Of a stretch of 64,000 nt of DNA, positions 54,110-64,000 are shown one piece after another. Position 1 is the first letter of the stretch. Each line of letters starts with the position of its first letter. A program made the position numbers and the translations under genes. The stretch comes from the human T2T-CHM13v2.0 reference genome, Homo sapiens: NCBI GenBank assembly GCA_009914755.4, contig CP068257.2, forward strand, positions 37,504,001 to 37,568,000, written 5' to 3'. The notes below the pieces were generated by a model. It saw only the letters and a program-made list of their open reading frames with translations, made no database searches and had not been told where the DNA came from.

Positions 54110-54232
54110 CCAGGCCTGATGTCTGCTCCGGCTAGACTCGAACTCCTGGGCTCAAGCGATCCTCCTGCCCCAGCATCCCAGGTAGCTGGGACTACGGATA
54201 AGCACCGCTGTGCCTGGCTTGGTATCTGGCCC
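54110..54232 (-). mobile_element. Partial Alu (right-arm fragment), antisense
   Basis: gactcgaactcctgggctcaagcgatcctcctgccccagcatcccaggtagctgggactacggataagcaccgctgtgcctggc. Confidence 0.8.
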
Positions 54233-55726
54233 TAACGTGGCTCTGCTGCACTGACAGCCAACCTCCTGCACCTGCTGCCTGCTTCTTATCACAAGAAGAG
54301 GTTTACTCCTGGACAGTCTGAAGCAATTATGATTCTTTCCTTACCAAAATTATTAAAAACTACAATGCCCAGAGTTATCTGCTTCTAGGGTTCTCCCAGG
54401 ATTACTGCCGATGCAAAACTTGTCCCCCAACTACTTCCACTCTTAGCCATTTGACACTGCCAAGCTCTGTGGTTCTCAAGTTAGCAAGAGGAAGTACAAG
54501 AAGGAATGAAGACTGACAGCTCCAGCTGCCCCCAGAGCAGCTCCCCACTCCTTTCTTACCACATCACCGTCAGCATCTTTGAGGTGGGGCACACAAAGGT
54601 GTGTCAACATGGAAATACCACCTTACAGTTCTTCAAAAGCATTCTTATATCATTATTCTCACAATTCAGCAAAGCAAGCAGAGAATTTCCTTCATTAAGC
54701 AGATGAAAACCTGGACCCCAAGGGAAGTAGATAACCACCCAGGGAGTACTGTCACCAGTATTATCTGTAGTTTACAGCTGAGAAAACTGTTGCTCAGGAA
54801 GCTTCAAGGCATCTGCCCAAAGTCACCTGGCCTGTAAGGGCTGGCCTGGGATTGAACATAGTCTGCTTTTCCAAGATCACTCTTCCTTACTTACCACACT
54901 GACCCTCAGCACAAGAAGAGGATTAGCTCCAGCTAGGACCAGATTCCAGGTCATATGATGTTACCTCAGGGCTCTGCAGGCACATTTCTGAATGAATGAA
55001 AACTTTTTTTGCAACAAGGGAAATGCTTAGATTTCTGCCTTCGGGATATATTCATAAGCATACTATGCACAAGACTTCCAATTCTTGATTATGTAAAGGA
55101 AACCAAGTTTACTCAAGAAGGAGTTAGAACACAGTATCTCCTTACCATACTTCTAATCATTACCAAAAACAGTAAATGAACTGGAACTAGAAAATATAAA
55201 TGGGTAAGTACTCTAAATCTATAGTATGTAAATGATTCAATAACTAAAAAGGTGAAAAAGAAAGCAGAAGAGATAAGAAGCATTTAACTCCACCATTTTA
55301 AAATTTATTTTCATGAATGCAGTTCAGTTTGTGGTCCTGTGAAGTTGTGTGGCTACTCCAGGTTCATGATTCCATTCACACTCCTAATGATAACACATGA
55401 CTGTAAGAGAACTGCTGACACGCGCAGAGCCAGCCTTGAAAGAGAGCCCTGGGAAAGTCTGGGTGAAGAGGCTATCTGTCAGATATTACTAAAAAGTGAG
55501 GACATACACATTTCTGTTTCATTTTTAGTAAATATATAATTTTGTTACTTTGTCATCAATTTTTACCCACAAGATAAAAAAAACTGCAGGACTCCTAAAA
55601 TATCCAGAAACTTTCCACATATTAAGAATCACCAACAGGTCAATGAGTAGTTACACCTAATTAACTACACTTTGCCACATGAATACCATCTGCTGATATC
55701 TGTAGCTTTGAAAAATTTAACTAAAG

Positions 55727-55898
55727 TTGGGCACAGTGGCTCACACCTGTAATCCCAGCATTTTGGGAGGCCGAGGCGGGGGAAATGCTTGAGCCCAGGA
55801 GGTCGAGGATGCAGTGAACCATGATAGCACACTGCACTTCAGCCTGGGCAACAGAGCAAGACCCAGCCTCAAAAAATAAATAAATAAATAAATAAGAT
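55727..55898 (+). mobile_element. Alu SINE with an internal deletion and (AAAT)n tail
   Basis: ttgggcacagtggctcacacctgtaatcccagcattttgggaggccgaggcggg joins directly to ggaaatgcttgagcccaggaggtcgaggatgcagtgaaccatgatagcacactgcacttcagcctgggcaacagagcaagacccagcctc followed by aaaaaataaataaataaataaataag. Confidence 0.85.
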
Positions 55899-58800
55899 AA
55901 AAATTTAACTATAGTACCTTAAAATATTCAAATACAACAATACTCCCACCTAGTGGATAAAAGGAAAATGCCTGGCTTATTTTGGTTGTGAATAATACCA
56001 CCATAAATAAGGAATTAAAACTACAATTAGTTTTTTACAATTTTATTCCGTTTCATCATTCTCAAAATATATCCCCCAAAAGTAATCTACAAAAGAGTGC
56101 AGGCTGCTCCCCTTAAAGGAATGGACAAGTAATATACACTACAAAACAATGTTTAAGATCATGTATAAATGTTACTCTGAATCTCATTTGTTGTCATCAA
56201 TTTCTTTAGTATCTCAGTGCTTTGGGGAATATTCTGAAAGGAGAGAAAAAAGTGAATACAGTGAGACCCCAGGGATTCAGGCAGAGGCAACACCCCTCCC
56301 TCCACGACCAACAATCTCCACACTCGAGACTTAAAAACAGCCATGGGACAGGCGTGGCCTTTACTCTCCTTCTCAACGAAAAGGCAAGTGGGAAAGTCAG
56401 TTCAACAGGCCCTTTCCCTGCCACACTCGCCGATGATCTCCTGGCCTCCGATGGTCTCCTGGCCTCTGGAGGAAGTCTATGCTCTAACCCGCCCGACCTT
56501 CCCCACAAGATGTCTTCCTCCCCTCTCCACCAACACCACACTCCTCACGGCTCTCCTCACACTTTCCCACTCTGCTCACACTGCTTCCCTCTGCACACTT
56601 CTACCCAAGATTCATCCATCTTTCAAATCCAACTAAACTGCCACACAGGAAGAACTCAAAATAATTCCACCTTATTGAAAATACCACTTTTAAAAGGTCA
56701 GAAACAACGAACTGACTCAGGCTGATGTATTTGGTCATTAAGAAAACAGCACCCTGCAGAACCACCATCTTACCCTCCTGCTAATCATTATCTCCAAAGC
56801 AAAAATGAAAATGCTGAGTTAAATTTCCCCTTGAAAGTATATTCATAAAAGCTGAGTTTCCTTAAGCCCCATATGACAGATGATTTCCAAGTCTCTGAAC
56901 AAGTCCAAGTGTTTATGACACACCTGTGTGCTACACACAGTCCTACAGCAGTAAACAAAACAGCCCAGCCCCTGCCCATGGGAACTCATCTCTGAGTTAA
57001 GTGGGATGAGGCAATTGGCTATTTAAACAAACAAGACGATCAGCATATACTTTGAAAGAGATGCTAAAAATAAATTAACTCCATGTGTCAGAAAGATTAC
57101 CCTGGATTCTAGCTAATTTGCAAGATAAGCTTGCAGTATACTAAATCAGAGTTTTACAGCTGTACTCTTCAACAAATGGTTATTGATGGCTTTATTCAAC
57201 ATGCCAGGTATGTGGTAAACTTGGGATACCAAAATTAAAAATCGTGGTCCATTACCACAAGGAGCTGACAATCTAGTAACAAACTAATTTATGAGACCTG
57301 GGAAATGAGCTACTTCCAACAACTTACCACAAAAGTCTTAAAACTAATGGCCATTCCAGAATAAAACCGGGCTGAGGGACAATGTTGTTACAACCTCTTT
57401 CCTTTAAAGAAACCATGCTTAAACCAGAGGCTGTGGACTTCCAAAAAAGTCTCTTAAGAGAAAACAATGGAATCCCTAAACTACCTGAGATTACGGGAAA
57501 ACATTTTCATGTACGTGTTCCAATTTTTTTAGAAAATGAGCCCAAAGGTATAAACCAAGGGTAAGGAAGAGGTTCATTATGTAATTCTCTCATCTTCACA
57601 TATACAGTTCTCTGTAAAATTGGGTAAATAAATATTATAATAATTTGATCCACACTATACTCAAAAATAACCGTCTCAAAAATTAAATAAAAATTTTTTA
57701 AAAAACCTTGCAAAGTAGTTATAGAAGCTTATTGAACAGTAAAACCATCTGTCCACATAGACATTTGGGATTTAATTGCACTGCATTAATCTATCATACA
57801 AGAACAAAGCATTCGTCAAGTTACAGACGTATACAGAAGAGATGATGACAATCAAATTCAAACTGCCAGACTAGAAAGCTTCGCTTTGAGAAGAATGGAT
57901 CTCCAAGCATTGCTTAGGGTTTAAAATGACACTATACATTTATGTTTGTTACTAAGCTGATTATAACAATGCAGCTATTAATTTAAATGAGTTAAAACCT
58001 TACCTTAACCAAACCCTTCAAGCTTCTGGTAGAAAGTATAGGCTTAAAAGCTTCCACTGTGATTAGGTCTAATTTCATCACATCAGTATAACACAAGTAC
58101 AGAATTGCCGGGATTTTCCATACTTGACAGTAGCTTAGAACTATGAATACACAAGAAAAAAAAACGATGTAAGTTTTCTATTATGTTACTTTTAAATTAA
58201 ACACCTTTAAATAATAAAGGCTGTTGTTAAAAGTAGTTATCTCAGCTGCCTCTTTCAATCAAGGTATTTACTGCAATTTTGAACCAATTATAATGAAGAT
58301 TTTCTTTCAAAGTCAATTTATTTTCCTAATAATCTCTTCTTTTGCAAATATTAATTTTATATTTCCTGAAAATACAGCTGAGATGATTTAAGTAGCTGAA
58401 AGATTAAAATTCTACTGACTATAATAAAGCATATAAATAACAAATAAATACAAAATGCATAAAGTGAAATATTTAGCCACTTCTCATTCTAGTAAACATT
58501 GAAAGCAAAAAGAAACCCCAACCAAACCCTATTTTAATACAGTTCATATAATAAATAACAATTATGTAATATATTACCCACTGAAAAGTAAATGGCAGTC
58601 TCTTTGTCATATGATGGCAGATGTGAGTGACGGTAATAAAAAAATTAAAGCAACTATCAAGATTCAATATTCAAAACTTCTGTTTTGATAATTAAAATGT
58701 ACTTTATCAACTTTTGATGCACCAATAATTTATATTTAACACTGGCTTGCATTCTGAATAATCAAAGACCAAAAAGAAACACAGCATGTCTGAAGCCCAA

Positions 58801-59447
58801 CAGTTAAGAAACATGAGCTCCTCAAATAACTGTGTCTGGAAAATCTGAAAACTCAAACTAAATATACTGCACTTGTAACTACAGATATTGAGGACTAACA
58901 GCAATATATTGGTATCAATCATCATTAATAAACTACCTCAAAAAGACCTCTAATGGTGAAAAGTAGTATCAATAAAGCAATAAGATAGAATGTAAATGTT
59001 ACAAATTTTAATACCACCTGCTGCAGGAAGGTCGTGTACTATATTCGGTTGTTCTAGCAATGGACAACACGCCGAGTCTTTGAAATTCTGTGTTTTTAGG
59101 GCTCTCAGGAAAGGAGAAGGAAGGCTGCCGGTGGATTCTGAGGTTTTATAATCGGTAACATGTCGACATGTGAGAATAGTTATCTGCATGTTCTTCCTTG
59201 GACAAGAGCCAAAAACCTAACATAAAATTTATTTCAAATTAAAAAAAACATATAATTTTGTTACAGAATGGAAACATTCCTCTAGGTATTCACCTAACAC
59301 CACAGACAATAATAGCATGCCTAGCAGGGGTGGGAGTGTGCCTTGGAGAAACAGAACACACCTGCTGTCACAACCTGGGTTTGATCTTGGTTCTGCTTTC
59401 TAGGTGGGCAATTTTTCCAAGTCACTCTCCTCATTAGTGAACTAAGG

Positions 59448-59860
59448 TGATATAGTTTAGATGCCTGTCCCCTCCAAATCTCATGTTAAAATGTGATTCC
59501 CAATGTTGGAGGCCGGACTTGGTGGGAGGTGACTGGATATGGGGGTAGATCCCTCATGAATGGCCTAGCACCACCCTGTTGGTGATACGTGACTTCTCAC
59601 TTCTCGCTCAGTTCATGCTAGAGCTGGTAGTTCAAAAGAGGCTGGCTCCTCCCCTCTCTCATGCTCTCGCCATGTGATCTGCCTGCTCCCCCTTCACCTT
59701 CCACCATGATTGGAGGCTCCTGAGGCCTCAGCAGAAGCCAAGCAGATGCCAGCACCATGCTTCCTATACAGCCTGCAGAACTGTCAATCACTTAAACCTC
59801 TGTTCTTTATAAATTACCCAGCCTCAGGTATTCTTTATAGCAACACAAGAATAGATGAAC
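59448..59860 (+). mobile_element. MaLR (MST/THE1-like) solo LTR
   Basis: tgatatagtttagatgcctgtcccctccaaatctcatgttaaaatgtgattcccaatgttggaggccggacttggtgggaggtgactggatatggggg...ccatgtgatctgcctgctcccccttcaccttccaccatgattggaggctcctgaggcctc...ctgtcaatcacttaaacctctgttctttataaattacccagcctcaggtattctttatagcaacacaagaatagatgaac. Confidence 0.8.
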
Positions 59861-60203
59861 ACGTAATGCCAGCACTACCTACTTAAGGGGCCTGCGATGT
59901 GGAGTAAATGAAGTCAGAGTGCCAGAATAGCGACTACAGGTCTGCCGTCCAGAGAAAAAAAGTCACAGGTACACACCTGACATTCATTCCCTCTCCCACC
60001 TACCACTGACACCTTAAAAATAACTCTCATGAAATTCATTTTTGGAATTACTACACTTATAGGTAAGCTTCAATCACTGTGGTTCTAAATGTCCTCTTCT
60101 ATAAGTAGAAGAGTCTGGATTTGATAGATTTCTAAGAACCCTTTTACCTTTTAATAAGATCTAAAGTGATGTAAACAAAGAAAGATGGGCGGGAGGAATC
60201 CAA

Positions 60204-60320
60204 TTGTGTTTTATACTTCTGTGACCTACCGTCCTCAATGCTGAGGACCAACTGTGTTTTATACTTCTGTACCTCAGCATTGAGGACGGGAGGACACAGA
60301 AGTATAAAACACAACTGGTT
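60204..60320. repeat. Local palindrome: ~43-bp unit U, partial direct copy of U, then the reverse complement of U
   Basis: U is ttgtgttttatacttctgtgacctaccgtcctcaatgctgagg (60204-60246). It is followed by accaactgtgttttatacttctgt, then acctcagcattgaggacgggaggacacagaagtataaaacacaactgg, which is the reverse complement of U with 3 mismatches. Confidence 0.85.
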
Positions 60321-61704
60321 GGTCACGTTAAATAAGCAAGTTCTTTTATTCTTTATATTCCAAAAGAAATTCCCACAATATTTTAAAGAAATAAATATCT
60401 GACTGCATAAGTTTAAGTTAAAAGACATCGAACCCTTAAAAAATGAAAACTCCTGTAGACTAACCATTCACAGGTTTTCATTTCTCTCTTACCTTTTCCA
60501 GCCACTGATACTGTTGATCTTCTGCAACATAGCAACTGCACTGACAGAGAAAAACCTGAAAAGTCAAGTTCCACGCTTTTTGTCAGGTTAAGTTTTATAC
60601 ACACCACAAACTATCACCATATATGTAACATGTGAATGACAACACTTAGGTAATACTTATTTTCCTGGCTCCACTATTGACCTACTTATTTCTCTTTAAA
60701 ATTTAACAGTCAAACCACTACTGGTGATTAGTATCAGAAAAAGTGCACACTGACAGAGCAACTGAAAGATTTGCCATACTAAAGTATACTACCAGTAAAT
60801 AACATGTAAGTGATACTTAAATAACTGCTTTTCAAACATACAAGTCCCACCTACCGAGGGATTGGATTTTAGATGATAAAACACACAAAAAGCCTCTGTG
60901 GAGGACAGATGTGTAGTGTCTGTTGTTCTACACCATTCATTCCAGAGTTTAGCACAACCAACTTCCTCCCAGACTCCTGAATTCATAACAAATGATGACA
61001 GAAATGCTGTAAAAAACAATTCACATAAGTTAGTGTTTGGCTCTGCAAGCTGTATTTTCTATTCAATAAAAAGTAAGCTCAAGTTACTGTAGAATTTGAG
61101 AGCTGAAAGAGCCATTCAAGACCGTCTACCTAATACCACCATTATACAGAAAAAGAAACTGAGGCCCCCAAGAAGTAAAAGGCCACACACCCTGAGTAAG
61201 ACAATCCTAGAGCTAGGGATCAAGAAGGCAGGTTTGTTGACAGACTTTCTACCACATGCTCACGGGGTAATACTCTTCTGAAAAACTTTAGGCCAGCAGA
61301 ACTTTATATAAATGAGTCCATAGTTACTTGCCATCATGTACTTACTATGTTCTACAACCACTAGGGGTACCTTACAGAGGAAGGGATCTTAACTGGGTTT
61401 CCTGAATGTTCTCATCACAACCTGTGAACACCCTAAAAATATAAAGGTCTATGTGTGTATTTGTAAATGTACATTGTCCTAGCTGCACTCTACACTGTTT
61501 TTACTTTAATCCACCAAGAGAATTAATACATGCAAGGACCTTAAAACTTAAGTACTTAAACATGTTGATAATTATTACTGTCTTTAGAGTTTTGTGTTCT
61601 CAAAGGAGTCTATTAACTCAAAAACATTAACATAAACCCGGATACCTCAACACACTAGAAACAGCTCCTTGAGTTTTAAGTTCCTGAAGCTAAAAACATT
61701 TTCT

Positions 61705-62005
<301 letters not shown>

Positions 62006-62045
62006 TAAATCTGATTTTTTCAGTTTATTAAAAAGATAGTGCAGA

Positions 62046-62195
62046 CCAGGTGCTGTGGCTCACACCTGTAATCCCAGCTCTTTGGGAAGCTGAGGCAGGA
62101 GGATCACTTGAGGACAGGAGTGCAAGACCAGCCTGGGCAACACAGCAAGAAACCATCTCTACCAAAAACAAAACAAAAAAAAATGATGCAACAGG
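62046..62195 (+). mobile_element. Alu left-monomer fragment with A-rich tail
   Basis: gaccaggtgctgtggctcacacctgtaatcccagctctttgggaagctgaggcaggaggatcacttgaggacaggagtgcaagaccagcctgggcaacacagcaagaaaccatctctaccaaaaacaaaacaaaaaaaaa. Confidence 0.85.
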
Positions 62196-63379
62196 AACAG
62201 GAGAGAGATTTTACTCAGAAATACAATCACTCTACTGTGGCTTTTTAAAGTACTAAACATTTTAAATCTTTTATGATGGAAGAAAATAAGTATATTTCAT
62301 TCTTTCAACAAAATGACTAAGTCTTCTGCATTTTCACTTACCTACTGCATTATTTCCTATAGCAATTATAAACTTGGAGCACGGATATTTTTCTAGCAAA
62401 GAAACTTCCAAAGATGTTTTTGTTTGTCTTCGAAGGAGCCGCACTTCCCTAACACAAGAAACAAGATGAAACTAAAGCAACTTCAATACAAACAGTATCA
62501 TGGCAAAAGGGCACTATATGTATGATTTACAATAAATAAAATGCACGTTAGTTTTATAAAGAATATAACTAATATCCTCAGAAAACGATGGACTCGGACA
62601 ATGATAACCAACAGATAAAACTACTGCATACGTGTTTACGGAGAACTCTAAAATAGTGATCAGGCTGTCCACCTGACCCAAGAACCAATCTTAGCATCCC
62701 TAAAAGTGAGACAGCTGGGGATAGCCTGCAATAAGAAACAGAAAGCACCACTTAGTAGAAGCATTCTTGCCGACAAAACTTTGAATGAGAATCTGACCAA
62801 GCCTCCAAATGAACATTCATTTTACAGGACATGCAGGTGATACAAACGTTAAGTGACACCACAACGAAGCTATCAGACAAATTCAGAGTGTGGGGGCACT
62901 GGACAAGACAATCAGTCCTGTCTCTTAGGAGGGGTAAGAGGAGGTTGCTCTAAATGAAGTGACACGTCTAAATGTAACCTGTGGACCCTGTTAGGATTCT
63001 CATTCACGCAGACCACTGTAAAATGTCATGTTTGAAAAAACTAGGTAAACGTGAGTGAGCATGGACTACAAAATGATACTGGAAAATTAGTATTAGTGTT
63101 GTTAGGGGTGATAATAGCATATGTAAGAAAATCCCTAAAACGTTTGAGATGTATTCTGAAAAATGTAGAGGTGAAAGGCCATGATGACTGGAATTCGCTT
63201 AGGAGTGGCGGGAGAGAAAATAAACGTGGCAAAATCTTCCTGTTGAATTTACCCGGTTGTGTAGGGGTCAGGGCTCACTTGACTATTTTCTCCCACTTTT
63301 TTGTGTTTGGAAACAATTTTTTTAAAGCGTGTTCATTGGCTACTGACACATCATGCTAATTGAAGTGTTGGGTGCAGGT

Positions 63380-64000
63380 TTAAAAAGTTTCGAGGGAATT
63401 GGTGTGTCCGTGAACAATCCACGACAAACGTGGTGGGGCCCGCGGGAGCGCTGCGGCCCAAGACAGTGTGACAAGCGGGAAGATCACGAGTCCGCAAGAC
63501 ACCAAGCCTCCAGAAATGCTCCAGAAACGCTCCAGAAAGCCTTTAAAGAACGGATTTGAACCCAGCCCTCCCACAGCGGCTTCACCCTGGACTCCACGAA
63601 ACGCCAGCAGATCCACGCGAGAACCACACACACCTGGGGCTGGCGCCGCTGGACGCCGCGGCTTCACGGAGACCCAGGGCCCAAGCAGAGCCAAGGAGCG
63701 GCGGCAACCGCGGGGGCCACTCGGAAGACCGCGGAGCCCCGGCCTTAGGCGCCGTCGCGGCTGCCAGGCCCGCGCACCTTCCAGCTGCGGTGAGCGCGCT
63801 GCCGTTATCCCGGTGCCTCACCTCTTCCGCGCCAGCTGCAGACGCACCTCCCTGTCCTCGGGCGTCTCCCTCCGCCCCTCCTCCTCCTCCTCTTCGTCCT
63901 CAGTCCCAGCTCGGCACGGCGCCTTCACCACCTCTCCGAAGAACGTGGCCGCCATAGCCGCCCCGTGACCGGCTGGACACAACTGCAGCGCCGCCGGACC
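63380..64000. promoter_or_regulatory. CpG island, probable promoter-proximal region of a minus-strand gene whose TSS lies at or beyond the window edge
   Basis: CpG density rises abruptly (e.g. ccgcgggagcgctgcggcc, cgccgctggacgccgcggcttcacgg, gcggcggcaaccgcggggg, gccgtcgcggctgccaggcccgcgcacc). GC is high with no CpG depletion, unlike the rest of the window. It extends to the last base. Confidence 0.8.
63822..63955 (-). CDS. Putative first coding exon (partial gene; 44 codons + 2 nt) ending at a GT splice donor; gene not identified
   Basis: Minus-strand read ggcggctATGGCGGCCACGTTCTTCGGAGAGGTGGTGAAGGCGCCGTGCCGAGCTGGGACTGAGGACGAAGAGGAGGAGGAGGAGGGGCGGAGGGAGACGCCCGAGGACAGGGAGGTGCGTCTGCAGCTGGCGCGGAAGAG|gtgaggcaccgg translates to MAATFFGEVVKAPCRAGTEDEEEEEGRRETPEDREVRLQLARKR. 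The Kozak context is good (G at -3, G at +4). The frame hits a stop 2 codons into the gtgagg intron, which is why the 60-aa ORF track missed it. It lies inside the CpG island. Confidence 0.4.

Noticed and set aside
56222-56725. 167-aa plus-strand ORF (MGNILKGEKKVNTVRPQGFRQRQHPSLHDQQSPHSRLK...) overlapping a 111-aa minus-strand ORF
   Set aside because: It is low-complexity and Ser/Pro/His-rich, with no recognisable domain and no Kozak or upstream promoter-like sequence. Part of the region (56340-56640) looks like an old repeat with a 17-bp internal tandem duplication.
63468-63968. Plus-strand 166-aa and 133-aa ORFs (and a minus-strand 79-aa ORF) inside the CpG island
   Set aside because: They are Pro/Arg/Ala/Ser-rich low-complexity peptides typical of spurious ORFs in GC-rich CpG islands. 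The minus-strand ATG-to-GT-donor exon (63822-63955) is a more parsimonious coding interpretation.

Overview
This window reads as hominoid (almost certainly human) nuclear DNA. It holds numerous Alu SINEs with target-site duplications and a complete SVA retrotransposon. It also holds several L1 fragments with recognisable ORF1/ORF2 remnants, MaLR/ERV LTRs, and CA-rich minisatellites. Prokaryotic feature classes (operons, CRISPR, tRNA islands) do not apply. By eye, more than half of the sequence is recognisable interspersed repeat.

The non-repeat content I can support is limited to three items. First, an intronless RPL23A (ribosomal protein L23a) retrocopy at 8182-8721, with poly-A, 11-bp target-site duplications and a lost start codon. 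Second, a CpG island at the right edge (about 63380-64000). Third, within that island, a plausible minus-strand first coding exon (63822-63955) that ends in a GT donor. If the exon is real, most of the window is intron 1 or gene body of a minus-strand gene I could not name.

I see no evidence of a novel multi-gene system. The points most worth a second look are the edge promoter and exon, the SVA, an LTR12-like fragment inserted into a CA-rich minisatellite, a small palindromic structure at 60.2 kb, and a diverged 300-bp direct repeat pair. Coordinates of repeat boundaries are by eye, so expect an error of roughly 5-20 bp. Repeat family names are given only where I recognise the consensus.
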